This document shows, one piece after another, positions 54,157 to 64,000 of a DNA stretch of 64,000 nucleotides. The number at the start of each line of letters is the position of its first letter. Position 1 is the first letter of the stretch. The DNA is from an uncultured delta proteobacterium (GTDB lineage: Bacteria; Desulfobacterota; RBG-13-43-22). The translations under genes were made by a program, and so were the position numbers. The DNA lies in assembly GCA_963790475.1 (NCBI GenBank), contig CAWBOS010000015.1, positions 256,001 through 320,000 of the forward strand, written 5' to 3'. The notes under the pieces were generated by a model. The model saw only the letters and a list, made by a program, of their open reading frames with translations. It was not told the DNA's origin and did no database searches.

Positions 54157-57100
54157 TTAGCTTGGTTCCGCTTTGGGTTCTCCTTCAAGGAGTTCCACAT
54201 TAAGCCCCAGACTCTGTAATTCCTTAACCAGGACATTGAAGGATTCCGGCAACCCGGCCTCCAGCACATTGTCCCCCTTGACGATTTTTTCATACATCCG
54301 AGTCCGGCCGACTACATCGTCCGATTTGACGGTCAAAAATTCCTGCAAGGTGAAGGCCGCTCCATAGGCCTCCATGGCCCAGACCTCCATTTCTCCCAGA
54401 CGCTGCCCGCCGAACTGGGCCTTTCCCCCCAAGGGCTGTTGAGTAACTAAGGAATAAGGTCCTATGGACCGGGCATGAATCTTATCATCAACCAAATGAT
54501 GCAATTTCATCATATACATGACCCCAACGGTTACTTCGCGATCAAAGCGTTCGCCGGTCCGGCCGTCATAGAGGACTGCCTGACCTGTTTCCTTCAGCCC
54601 GGCCAACTTAAGTAGTCTCTCAATATCTTCTTCTTTGGCCCCATCAAAGACCGGGGTGGCCATATGAATCCCTTCTTGAAACTGACTGGCCAGGACAGGA
54701 AGATAATCTTCGGAAAGATTTTCGACGTATTCTTCCACTTTTTTAGACTCGTAGATTTTTCGTATCAAACGCCGGGTTTCCCCGTCCCTCCCCAATGTGG
54801 TCAGCAGATCAGCCACTTTTTTCCCGAGTTCTCTCGAAACCCAGCCCAAATGAGTTTCCATAACCTGTCCTACATTCATCCTCGAAGGGACCCCCAAGGG
54901 ATTAAGGACGATATCTACCGGGGTTCCGTCAGCGAAACAAGGCATGTCTTCGGTGGGAAGGATCCTGGAAACCACCCCTTTATTTCCATGACGCCCGGCC
55001 ATTTTATCACCTACTGAAAGTTTGCGTTTGACGGCCACATAAACCTTGACCATTTTGACCACGCCCGGAGGCAGTTCGTCCCCTCTTTTCAGTTTGGCTA
55101 TCTTCCCCTCGAAGCTCTCTTTGATCAGTACCACCTGCTCCTGATAATCTTTAATTATTTTATCTACTTCCTCTTTCAGTTCTTTTCCCTTGGCGACCGA
55201 GAGTTCCTTCCATTTTTTTACCGGGATCCGGCTTAGCCGCTCGGCGGTAAATTTTTCACCTCGGGAAATGATGACCTTCCCGCTCCGGTCTTCTTTAACG
55301 GTTCCGGCCGATATTTTTCCGGTCAATACTTTTTTCAGACGAAGCAAGGCTTCGCGCTGTACGATCTGGATTTCATCATTCTGGTCCTTCATGATCCGGG
55401 AGATCTCTTCCTCTTCTATGGCCCTGGACCGGGCGTCCCGTTCCACACCTTTACGAGAAAAAACATTGGCGCCGATAACGATCCCTTCGATCCCCGGAGG
55501 GACTCTCAAGGAGGTATCCTTGACATCACCGGCTTTCTCCCCAAAGATGGCCCGGAGCAGCTTTTCTTCCGGAGAAAGCTGGGTTTCTCCTTTGGGGGTG
55601 ATCTTCCCCACCAGAATATCGCCGGGGGTTACTTCCGCCCCGATACTGATAATCCCGCTTTCGTCCAAATTCTTTAAGGATTCGTCCCCGAGATTGGGGA
55701 TATCCCGGGTGATTTCTTCCCTTCCCAGCTTGGTGTCCCGGGCGATCAGTTCAAATTCTTCAATGTGGATGGAAGTAAAGGCATCATCTTTAACCAAATG
55801 CTCGCCCACCAAAATTGAATCTTCAAAATTATACCCCCCCCAGGACATAAAGGCCACCAGGACATTCCGTCCCAGCGCCAGTTCCCCTCGTTCGGTTGAC
55901 GGCCCGTCGGCGATGACCTGGCTCTTACCGACCAAGTCCCCCTTACGAACGATCGGTTTCTGATTAAAACAGGTATTTTGATTTGATCGCTGAAATTTTG
56001 TCAGTTTGTAAATTTCCACATCGGCCCCCAGGGCCTTTTCCGATTCTTTGCCCGAGAGATAACGAACGACGATGCGGTCGGCATCCACATCCTCAACAAT
56101 CCCGTCCCTTTTAGCCAACACGGTTACCCCCGAATCCCGGGCGACCACCTCTTCTATACCGGTCCCGATAATCGGGGCCCGGCAGGACAAAAGAGGAACA
56201 GCCTGGCGCTGCATATTCGATCCCATCAAGGCCCGGTTGGCATCATCGTTTTCCAGAAAGGGGATCAGGGATGCGGCAACGCTGACCAATTGGTTGGGCG
56301 AAACGTCCATCATGTGAATCGGTTCTTCCTCCTGATTGACCATGACGAATTCCCCGTCCCTCCGGGCGGAAACCGTGGCATCCATGATCTTTCCCGATTT
56401 ATCCACCGACACATTGGCCTGGGCGATATTGAGATCCTTCTCATCCATGGCACTTAAAAAATTGACCTCCCGGGAAACGGTCCCGTCCTTAACCAGCAGA
56501 TAAGGGGTCTCAATGAAACCGAATTCATTGACCCGGGCATAGGTACTCAAAGAAACGATCAAACCGATATTGGGACCTTCAGGGGTCTCAATGGGACAAA
56601 TCCGGCCGTAATGGGTAGGATGCACATCCCGAACCTCAAACCCGGCCCGTTCCCGGGTCAAACCGCCTGGTCCCAGGGCACTTAGCCGTCTTTTGTGAGT
56701 AATTTCCGAAAGCGGATTGGTCTGGTCCATGAATTGAGAGAGCTGGCTGGTCCCGAAAAATTCCTTGACCACGGCCGCCACCGGCTTGGGATTGATCAAA
56801 TCATGGGGCATGAGGGTTTCAATTTCCTGTAAAGTCATCCGTTCTTTGATCGTCCGTTCCATACGAACCAGGCCGATGCGATATTGGTTTTCCAACAGTT
56901 CTCCTACGGCCCGAACCCGCCGGTTTCCCAGGTGGTCGATATCATCCACCGGACCATTGGCGTCTTTCAGTTCGATCAGCTTCTTGACGGTCAACAGGAT
57001 ATCTTCCTTGCGTAAGGTCCGCTCCGTTAAAGGGATATCCAGCTCCAATCTCCGGTTCAGTTTAAGACGCCCCACGGAGGAAAGGTCATAGTTTTCGGAA

Positions 57101-58296
57101 TTGAAAAAAAGATTTTGGAAAAAATTATTGGCCACTTCCAGGGTCGGGGGATTACTGGGGCGCAATTTTTTATAAATCTCGATAATGGCCTCTTCGCTGC
57201 TGGAAATTTTGTCCATGACCAGGGTATCCCGAAGCGATGAACTGACGTTAATCCCGTCAATGAAAAGCAGATCAAAATAGGGAATCTTTTTTTGAATTAT
57301 CTGATCCAGTTTTTCTTTGGTCAGGGCCTCATTACCGGCGGCAATGATTTCGCCTGTTGCCGGATCAATCAAATCCTGAGCCAGGAAAAACCCTTCCAGG
57401 TCTTCATTTTTGGCAGCCAAAGAGGAAATCTTGGCCTCTTGAAGCATCTTGATGATCCGTTTATTTATTTTTTTGTTTTTTCTGGCAATGACTTCACCGG
57501 TCAAGGGATGGACAATGTCACGAGGCGCCTTTTTACCCAATAAAAAATCGGGATTGACTTCCCTTTTAAGCTTCCCGTCTTCAATCGTGATCCGTTCTCG
57601 TTCATAAAAGAAGTTCAGCAAATCCTGGTTGGAATATCCCAGGGCCTTTAATAATATGGTGATTGGAAATTTGCGACGACGGTCGATTCGGACATAGACG
57701 ATATTTTTGGCATCAAATTCCAGATCGATCCAGGATCCCCTTAAGGGAATAATCCGGGCCGAATACAATAAACGTCCGCTGCTGTGGGTCTTCCCTTTAT
57801 CGTGATCAAAGAATATTCCCGGGGAACGATGAAGCTGGCTGACCACCACGCGTTCCGTCCCGTTGATGATAAACGTCCCCTTGTCGGTCATCAAAGGGAT
57901 GGTCCCAAAATAGATGTCCTGTTCCTTGATATCCCGGATAGTCTGACTTCCGGTATCTTTGTCCAGATCGTAGACAATGAGGCGGACAGTGATTTTCATC
58001 GGCACTTCGTAGGTCATACCTCTCTGAAGACATTCCCCCACCTCATATTTAACCTCTCCAAAAGAATAACGGACGAACTCCAGGGAAGACATGCCGCTGA
58101 AATCCCTTATCGGAAAAACACTTTTAAATACCCCTTGAAGTCCCACTTTTTCCCGTTGTTCGGGGTCCGTCTGCTTTTGCAGGAATCGTTCGTAGGACTG
58201 TTTCTGCATATCAATTAAATTGGGAATATCGATGATTTTTTCGATACGCCCGAAATTTTTACGAAATCGAACGTTATGGATAGACCGTTCCTTCAT
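54157..58296 (-). CDS. rpoB: RNA polymerase beta subunit
   Basis: [30 protein letters not shown]. Confidence 0.99.
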   Translation of the reverse strand: MKERSIHNVRFRKNFGRIEKIIDIPNLIDMQKQSYERFLQKQTDPEQREKVGLQGVFKSVFPIRDFSGMSSLEFVRYSFGEVKYEVGECLQRGMTYEVPMKITVRLIVYDLDKDTGSQTIRDIKEQDIYFGTIPLMTDKGTFIINGTERVVVSQLHRSPGIFFDHDKGKTHSSGRLLYSARIIPLRGSWIDLEFDAKNIVYVRIDRRRKFPITILLKALGYSNQDLLNFFYERERITIEDGKLKREVNPDFLLGKKAPRDIVHPLTGEVIARKNKKINKRIIKMLQEAKISSLAAKNEDLEGFFLAQDLIDPATGEIIAAGNEALTKEKLDQIIQKKIPYFDLLFIDGINVSSSLRDTLVMDKISSSEEAIIEIYKKLRPSNPPTLEVANNFFQNLFFNSENYDLSSVGRLKLNRRLELDIPLTERTLRKEDILLTVKKLIELKDANGPVDDIDHLGNRRVRAVGELLENQYRIGLVRMERTIKERMTLQEIETLMPHDLINPKPVAAVVKEFFGTSQLSQFMDQTNPLSEITHKRRLSALGPGGLTRERAGFEVRDVHPTHYGRICPIETPEGPNIGLIVSLSTYARVNEFGFIETPYLLVKDGTVSREVNFLSAMDEKDLNIAQANVSVDKSGKIMDATVSARRDGEFVMVNQEEEPIHMMDVSPNQLVSVAASLIPFLENDDANRALMGSNMQRQAVPLLSCRAPIIGTGIEEVVARDSGVTVLAKRDGIVEDVDADRIVVRYLSGKESEKALGADVEIYKLTKFQRSNQNTCFNQKPIVRKGDLVGKSQVIADGPSTERGELALGRNVLVAFMSWGGYNFEDSILVGEHLVKDDAFTSIHIEEFELIARDTKLGREEITRDIPNLGDESLKNLDESGIISIGAEVTPGDILVGKITPKGETQLSPEEKLLRAIFGEKAGDVKDTSLRVPPGIEGIVIGANVFSRKGVERDARSRAIEEEEISRIMKDQNDEIQIVQREALLRLKKVLTGKISAGTVKEDRSGKVIISRGEKFTAERLSRIPVKKWKELSVAKGKELKEEVDKIIKDYQEQVVLIKESFEGKIAKLKRGDELPPGVVKMVKVYVAVKRKLSVGDKMAGRHGNKGVVSRILPTEDMPCFADGTPVDIVLNPLGVPSRMNVGQVMETHLGWVSRELGKKVADLLTTLGRDGETRRLIRKIYESKKVEEYVENLSEDYLPVLASQFQEGIHMATPVFDGAKEEDIERLLKLAGLKETGQAVLYDGRTGERFDREVTVGVMYMMKLHHLVDDKIHARSIGPYSLVTQQPLGGKAQFGGQRLGEMEVWAMEAYGAAFTLQEFLTVKSDDVVGRTRMYEKIVKGDNVLEAGLPESFNVLVKELQSLGLNVELLEGEPKAEPS

Positions 58297-58380
58297 TCTT
58301 GCTCCTTCTTTCGGTATCTAAGGAATTGTTATACCGCTAACCCTTATATGATGACCTATTGGAAGACTCACCTTGACGTA

Positions 58381-58443
58381 GAATCCTCACCTTCCCTTTT
58401 TTTACCCGGGTAACGGAGAAAAAAGAGGGAAAAGTGAGGATTC
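58381..58443. other. Long hairpin in the rplL-rpoB spacer
   Basis: GAATCCTCAC/GTGAGGATTC plus inner TTCCCT/AGGGAA pairing. Confidence 0.55.
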
Positions 58444-58464
58444 AAAGTTTCCTAAAAAACGAAA

Positions 58465-58855
58465 TTATTTAATTTCTACCGTCGCGCCGGCCTCTTCCAG
58501 TTGTTTTTTTACCTTTTCGGCTTCTTCTTTGGAGATCCCCTTCTTTAATGGTGTTCGGCAGGCTCTCTACCGCATCCTTGGCCTCCTTGAGTCCCAGGCT
58601 GGTAATGGCCCGAACCTCTTTAATCACCTGGATCTTTTTCTCACCCACTCCGGTGATGATCACTGAAAATTCCGTCTGTTCCTCAACGGCCTGCGCTTCA
58701 GCGGGAGCTTGCCCCATGCCGGCCATGGCCATGACCGGAGCCGAGGCCTTAACGCCGAACTTATCTTCCAACTCTTTTACCAATTCCGACAGTTCCAAAA
58801 CCGTCATATTGGAAATAAACTCTATCACATCTTCTTTGGTTATTTTCTCAGCCAT
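58465..58855 (-). CDS. rplL: 50S ribosomal protein L7/L12; +1 frameshift in G-run at ~58538
   Basis: [15 protein letters not shown]; C-terminus [23 protein letters not shown] in the +1 frame. Confidence 0.95.
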
Positions 58856-58882
58856 CTTAATAAATCCTCCTTCTTCTTTCTG

Positions 58883-59404
58883 TTAGGCCTCGGCTTTTTG
58901 TTCTTCAATAGCCTTTAAGGTCCCCATAAATTTCTGTATAATTCCGGCCAGGGTGGATACAAAACCCGTCGGCACGGCAATGAGTGAAGATAGTACCTGT
59001 CCCAATAACACTTCTCGGGGAGGCATTTTAGATAATTGACGGATCGCTTCCCCGGAAATGGGCTTCCCTTCCAATACCCCGCCCTTGAAGACAAAGGTCT
59101 CCCGGTCCTTAGAAAAATCCGCCAGGATCTTTGCGGCGGCCACCGGATCCTGGTAACTCAAGGTGATCCCGCAAGGACCGACAAAGAGATCTTTCAGTGA
59201 GGTCATCGGGGTTTCTTGAGCAGCCCGATTAAACAAGGTATTTTTTACTACCTGATACTCATCGCCACCCTGCCGCAGGTCGCGGCGCAAGCGGCTCAAC
59301 GACCCGACATTCAACCCCCGGAAGTCGGTAATAAAAACGGCCTTGGCCTGGGTTAAACGTTGATGGAGGTCGGTCACGATCTTTTCCTTCTCAGCCCGTT
59401 TCAA
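58883..59404 (-). CDS. rplJ: 50S ribosomal protein L10
   Basis: DFRGL, VVKNTL; position. Confidence 0.96.
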   Translation of the reverse strand: MKRAEKEKIVTDLHQRLTQAKAVFITDFRGLNVGSLSRLRRDLRQGGDEYQVVKNTLFNRAAQETPMTSLKDLFVGPCGITLSYQDPVAAAKILADFSKDRETFVFKGGVLEGKPISGEAIRQLSKMPPREVLLGQVLSSLIAVPTGFVSTLAGIIQKFMGTLKAIEEQKAEA

Positions 59405-59479
59405 CGATTGGTCCCTCCTTTCTTTTTAGGTTTTTATCAAGGTTTTAAAGTCCGTGACGACGACGGCTGAGTCCATTTC

Positions 59480-59545
59480 CCCCAGAGTCTCGGCAGGCTG
59501 AAAGGTTCATTTAGGCTTTTAAAGGCACCTGCGGTCTTCGACCCT
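59480..59545 (-). ncRNA. L10 (rplJ) leader autoregulatory RNA
   Basis: AAGACCGCAGG...CCTGCCGAGAC kink-turn-like pairing upstream of rplJ. Confidence 0.75.
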
Positions 59546-59638
59546 AAAACCATATTGTGATAGCTCATAGCTTGTAGCTCTTAGGCTTATAGGAAAAAAT
59601 GGGAAAAATTCCAAAAACTATGAGCTGTGAGCTATGAC

Positions 59639-60358
59639 CTATGAGCTAATTACTATTTTGCCAATATCTTTAACAAACGCCGTATCTATTTTGATCCCTG
59701 GCCCCATAGTGGTAGAAATGGTTACGTTCTTCAGATAGGTCCCTTTGGCGCTGGAAGGTTTGAGTCGCACCAGGGTATCAAACAAGGACATGATATTAGG
59801 GATCAGTTTTTCCGCGCCGAAAGAAACCCGCCCGACCGGGGCATGAACAATCCCATTTTTTTCGGCCCGAAACTCAATCTTTCCGGCCTTGATCTCCTTA
59901 ACCGCCTTGGCCACATCAAAGGTTACGGTCCCGGTCTTGGCATTGGGCATCAACCCCCTGGGACCTAAGATCTTCCCGATCTTTCCCACTGTACCCATCA
60001 AATCCGGGGTGGCCACGGCCTTGTCAAAATCTGTCCAGCCGGCCTTGATTTTTTCAACAATCTCTTCCGCCCCTACGAAATCGGCCCCGGCCTCCAGGGC
60101 TTCCCTCTCCTTTTCCCCTTTGGCAAAGACCAGAACCCGGGTGGTCTTTCCCGTCCCGTTGGGTAAGACGACGGCCCCCCGCACCATTTGATCGGCATGT
60201 CGAGGGTCGACCCCCAATCGAACCGCCAGGTCCACGGTTTCATCGAAGCGGGTAAAAGAAGAGGATAAGGCCAACTGAATCGCTTCTTCCAGGGGGTAGC
60301 GTTTGGTTCGATCCACCTGGTCAACGGCTTTTTTATATTTTTTCCCTCTATCTGACAT
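59639..60358 (-). CDS. rplA: 50S ribosomal protein L1
   Basis: [16 protein letters not shown]. Confidence 0.98.
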   Translation of the reverse strand: MSDRGKKYKKAVDQVDRTKRYPLEEAIQLALSSSFTRFDETVDLAVRLGVDPRHADQMVRGAVVLPNGTGKTTRVLVFAKGEKEREALEAGADFVGAEEIVEKIKAGWTDFDKAVATPDLMGTVGKIGKILGPRGLMPNAKTGTVTFDVAKAVKEIKAGKIEFRAEKNGIVHAPVGRVSFGAEKLIPNIMSLFDTLVRLKPSSAKGTYLKNVTISTTMGPGIKIDTAFVKDIGKIVISS

Positions 60359-60386
60359 AATGTTCTAACCTACCTCTCTAAGAATC

Positions 60387-60809
60387 TTATCCAATCTCAA
60401 TCCCCATGCTGAGCGCTGTCCCTTCAATGATCTTTTTGGCAGCGTCCAGGGTATTGGCATTTAAATCAGGCATTTTTAGTTTTGCGATTTCTTCGATTTG
60501 GGTTGGAGTGACTTTGCCGACTTTATCCCGATTTGGTATTTTGGAACCCTTGGCTATCTGCGCGGCCTTTTTTAACAATATCGATGCCGGCGGGGTTTTG
60601 GTGATAAAGGTAAAGGACCGATCGGAAAAAACAGTGATCACCACCGGGATAATCATGCCTTCCTGGCCTTGGGTTCGGGCATTAAAAGCCTTACAAAACT
60701 CCATGATATTAACTCCGTGCTGACCCAGGGCCGGACCTATCGGCGGAGAGGGATTGGCTTGGGCCGCTGGTACCTGAAGTTTAATATAGCCGACGATTTT
60801 CTTAGCCAT
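60387..60809 (-). CDS. rplK: 50S ribosomal protein L11
   Basis: [17 protein letters not shown]. Confidence 0.98.
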   Translation of the reverse strand: MAKKIVGYIKLQVPAAQANPSPPIGPALGQHGVNIMEFCKAFNARTQGQEGMIIPVVITVFSDRSFTFITKTPPASILLKKAAQIAKGSKIPNRDKVGKVTPTQIEEIAKLKMPDLNANTLDAAKKIIEGTALSMGIEIG

Positions 60810-60931
60810 TATTTATGTTCTCCTTCGTTTATCAAAAAAGAATTCAGAAGTCAGGAGCCAGAAGTCAGAATAAAATCTTGATAGAAACAACCCCTTATTC
60901 TGGCTTCTGACTCCTGAATTCTGATCCTGCT

Positions 60932-61462
60932 TTACATCTTCGCCACTTGAACAAAGTCGAGTTCAACAGGGGTGGCCCGGCCGAAGATACTGATTAAGAC
61001 CTTGATTTTCCCCTTATCCGGTTTGACCTCTTCAACCACTCCGTTAAAATTAGAAAAAGGTCCATCGATCACCCGCACTTCGTCACCCTCTTCAAAAAAG
61101 AATTTGGGTTTTGGTTTAATGGCCCCTTCGGCCATTTGTTCGATGACCTTCATTGCCTCATCATCGGGTATAGGAACCGGCCTGTTTTTTTCTCCAATAA
61201 ATCCGGTTACTTTAGGAGTATCTTTGACCAAATGCCAGGTCTCATCATTGAGTTCCATGCGGACCAGGATATAACCCGGATAAAATTTTCGGGAGGAAGT
61301 CTTGCGTTCCCCCTTGACCAATTCCACCACCTTTTCAGTGGGAACCAGGATATTGGAAAACAAATCTTCTTTCCCCAAGGATTTGATATGCTCTTCCAAG
61401 GCCATCTTAACCTTGTGTTCAAAACCGGAATAGGTATGAACGATATACCATTTGTGTTCCAC
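60932..61462 (-). CDS. nusG: Transcription factor NusG
   Basis: [31 protein letters not shown]. Confidence 0.98.
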   Translation of the reverse strand: MEHKWYIVHTYSGFEHKVKMALEEHIKSLGKEDLFSNILVPTEKVVELVKGERKTSSRKFYPGYILVRMELNDETWHLVKDTPKVTGFIGEKNRPVPIPDDEAMKVIEQMAEGAIKPKPKFFFEEGDEVRVIDGPFSNFNGVVEEVKPDKGKIKVLISIFGRATPVELDFVQVAKM

Positions 61463-61482
61463 AGGCCCGCCTTTTTATATTA

Positions 61483-61869
61483 TTATCTTTTTAAGATTAT
61501 CGCGACTGCCTTGGACAGCCCTATATCCAATAATCCCAGAAAAAAAGCGACCAGAACGGATAAAATAATCACCATGCCGGTTGCCGCGATGGTTTCTTTT
61601 CTGGAAGGCCAGGTTACCTTTTTGAGTTCAACGCGAACCTCGCGCAAGAAATCTTTGACCTGACCTATCCATTGGATTTTTCCAACCCATTTGGTGGCCA
61701 ACCCTTCTTCCGGTCCTTCTTTAAGGGCCGGTTTTTTAAGATTTCCCTTATCGTTCCCTTTGGGCACAATCGAAACTTCATTTTCTTTTCCCGGTCCGTC
61801 CACCTTATTCAGGGACTTGGTTTCGGGTTCGATCATTCCCTGCTTCTTTTTCGTCTTGACCTTCTTCAT
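61483..61869 (-). CDS. secE: Preprotein translocase SecE (N-terminally extended)
   Basis: ELKKVTWPSR followed by a TM helix. Confidence 0.92.
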   Translation of the reverse strand: MKKVKTKKKQGMIEPETKSLNKVDGPGKENEVSIVPKGNDKGNLKKPALKEGPEEGLATKWVGKIQWIGQVKDFLREVRVELKKVTWPSRKETIAATGMVIILSVLVAFFLGLLDIGLSKAVAIILKR

Positions 61870-61910
61870 ACAATACCAGGGCCTCTTAGATTTTAAATTC
61901 CAGATAGTAT

Positions 61911-61987
61911 TGGCAGGCCAGGAGGGATTCGAACCCCCAACACCCGGATTTGGAGTCCGGTGCTCTAACCATTAGAGCTACTGGCCT
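61911..61987 (-). tRNA. tRNA-Trp (CCA)
   Basis: Cloverleaf AGGCCAG...CCGGA-CTCCAAA-TCCGG...GCCA. Confidence 0.96.
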
Positions 61988-62014
61988 GTAAGACCAGATA
62001 ATCACCCCTTGGAC

Positions 62015-62164
62015 CTATTTGGTTTCCTTGTGCGCAGTATGGGTCTGGCAAGAAGGACAATATTTTTTGAACTCTAACTTATCCGGGGTTTTCTTTTTAT
62101 TCTTGGTAGTGGTGTAGTTCTTTCTTTTACATCCGGTACATGACAAAATGACTATATCTCGCAT
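62015..62164 (-). CDS. rpmG: 50S ribosomal protein L33
   Basis: Manual translation [49 protein letters not shown]. Confidence 0.96.
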   Translation of the reverse strand: MRDIVILSCTGCKRKNYTTTKNKKKTPDKLEFKKYCPSCQTHTAHKETK

Positions 62165-62272
62165 GATTGATCCTTTATATAAACAGACTGAAGGTATTTA
62201 GGCTGAAGGCTGAAGGTAAATCTTTTTAATCCTTTTCGACCTTCGGTCTAATTGCCTTCAGACCGATTTTTC

Positions 62273-63472
62273 CTATTCAATAATCTCCGAGATGACACCG
62301 GCGCCGACGGTGCGGCCCCCTTCCCGGATGGCAAAACGAAGCTCCTTCTCCATGGCAATCGGGGTAATCAACGATATATCCACCGATACATTGTCTCCCG
62401 GCATCACCATCTCCACTCCTTCCGGCAGCGTCACCACCCCGGTCACGTCCGTCGTTCGAAAATAAAACTGCGGCCGATACCCGTTGAAAAACGGCGTGTG
62501 CCGGCCTCCTTCTTCCTTGGCCAGGATATAGGCCTCGGCCTTAAACTTGGTGTGCGGTGTGATGCTCCCCGGCTTGGCCACTACCTGCCCCCGCTCTACA
62601 TCGTCGCGCTTCGTCCCCCGAAGCAATAACCCTAAATTGTCTCCCGCCTGCCCATGGTCCAGGGTCTTCCGGAACATTTCCACCCCGGTGCAGATCGTCT
62701 TCACCGTCGGCCGGATACCGATTATCTCCACTTCGTCCCCGACCTTCACCTGTCCCCGTTCCACCCGGCCCGTGACCACCGTTCCCCGGCCCGAGATGCT
62801 GAATACATCCTCCACCGGCATCAAAAACGGCTTCTCAATATCCCGCACCGGTTCCGGTACAAACTTGTCCACCGCATCCATCAGCTCCAATATCGGCTTG
62901 CAATTATTACATTCCTCTTTCCCGCAGCCGCATTCCAGGGCCTTTAACGCCGACCCTTTCACAATCGGTATCTCGTCCCCCGGAAATTCATACTTGGTCA
63001 GTAACTCCCGCAGCTCCAACTCCACCAGCTCTATCAATTCCGGATCATCGACCATGTCCACCTTGTTCAAAAATACCACAATATAGGGCACTCCTACCTG
63101 CCGCGCCAATAATATATGCTCCCTCGTCTGCGGCATCGGCCCGTCATCGGCCCCCACCACCAGTATCGCCCCGTCCATCTGGGCCGCTCCGGTGATCATG
63201 TTCTTGATATAATCCGCATGCCCCGGACAATCCACATGCGCATAATGTCGGCTCTTCGTCTCGTACTCCACATGCGCCGTCGCTATCGTGATCCCTCGCT
63301 CTTTCTCTTCCGGTGCCTTGTCGATCTGGTCAAACGGGACATAACTCGCCATCCCGCTCTTCGATAAACATAAGGTGATCGCCGCCGTTAACGTCGTCTT
63401 CCCATGATCTATATGCCCTATCGTCCCTACATTCACATGCGGCTTCGTCCGCTCAAATTTCTTCTTCGACAT
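62273..63472 (-). CDS. tuf: Elongation factor Tu (copy 2)
   Basis: Protein identical to copy 1. Confidence 0.99.
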   Translation of the reverse strand: MSKKKFERTKPHVNVGTIGHIDHGKTTLTAAITLCLSKSGMASYVPFDQIDKAPEEKERGITIATAHVEYETKSRHYAHVDCPGHADYIKNMITGAAQMDGAILVVGADDGPMPQTREHILLARQVGVPYIVVFLNKVDMVDDPELIELVELELRELLTKYEFPGDEIPIVKGSALKALECGCGKEECNNCKPILELMDAVDKFVPEPVRDIEKPFLMPVEDVFSISGRGTVVTGRVERGQVKVGDEVEIIGIRPTVKTICTGVEMFRKTLDHGQAGDNLGLLLRGTKRDDVERGQVVAKPGSITPHTKFKAEAYILAKEEGGRHTPFFNGYRPQFYFRTTDVTGVVTLPEGVEMVMPGDNVSVDISLITPIAMEKELRFAIREGGRTVGAGVISEIIE

Positions 63473-63622
63473 CTCCCCGCCTCCCTTTGGTTAAAAATTT
63501 AATCCTCTAGGTTGAAATTATTGGATGGCCGGCTCCGCCTGGGCGGGCTGACCTTTTGTGTGATAATTTTGCCTTCGTTTTTATCGTTGTCAGCGCTTCA
63601 ACTGAATATCAAAAAATTATTT

Positions 63623-63699
<77 letters not shown>

Positions 63700-63755
63700 C
63701 CTGTTCTTTATTGGCCTATTTATCCTTTTGGATTCGACAACGCCTTTAATTTTTT

Positions 63756-63832
63756 TGGAGCGGGAAACGGGATTCGAACCCGCGACCCTCAGCTTGGAAG
63801 GCTGACGCTCTAGCCAACTGAGCTACTCCCGC
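63756..63832 (-). tRNA. tRNA-Gly (TCC)
   Basis: GCGGGAG...TCAGC-CTTCCAA-GCTGA...CTCCA. Confidence 0.96.
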
Positions 63833-63958
63833 TTTTTGTGGTTGAGGAAAAGAGAACCTATGGCTGTAGTTTTAACAATACGGCTCTACTTACCCTATCT
63901 CCTACACCCTTTCCCATTGCCGGGCCTCCCGTCAATGGATACCATACCCTTTCTTGGC

Positions 63959-64000
63959 TGGTGGAGGGGGGAGGATTCGAACCTCCGAAGGCATGGCCGA
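63959..64000 (-). tRNA. 3' part of a tRNA, probably tRNA-Tyr (runs off window)
   Basis: GGAGGTTCGAATCCTCCCCCCTCCACCA with long variable arm; conserved Tyr-Gly-Thr-tuf order; anticodon not visible. Confidence 0.75.

Noticed and set aside
31082-62164. Cys-rich zinc-binding forms of S4, S14, L33, L36, L24 and Adk
   Set aside because: Common state in anaerobes; not unusual.

Overview
Chromosomal window from an anaerobic bacterium, most likely Desulfobacterota/deltaproteobacteria (inferred from the Hdr/MvhD genes, long SecE and repeat types). It has three parts. (1) 1-14.9 kb is an accessory patchwork: SDR, USP, SleB-type hydrolase, cupin, M20 peptidase, MFS transporters, HAD plus kinase, a MaoC pair, gene fragments and an IS1634. 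It is punctuated by six co-oriented copies (some partial) of a degenerate ~120-bp repeat that reads like the fossil 3' end of an unknown gene. (2) 14.9-29.3 kb (minus strand) is a glycerol catabolism locus. glpA-glpB are followed not by glpC but by hdrC-hdrB-hdrA and a selenocysteine-containing mvhD-hdrD fusion, then glpK, glpP and a membrane-bound alpha/beta hydrolase. glpA and the hydrolase share a near-identical antiterminator/terminator leader, suggesting a GlpP regulon. (3) 29.4-64 kb (minus strand) is the core superoperon: tRNAs-tuf-rpmG-secE-nusG-rplKAJL-rpoBC-rpsLG-fusA-tuf-S10-spc-alpha, plus tRNA-fMet, with many intergenic hairpin/MITE-like inserts. Several genes (secY, map, rplL, hdrA, M20) carry +1 frameshifts that look like sequencing errors.
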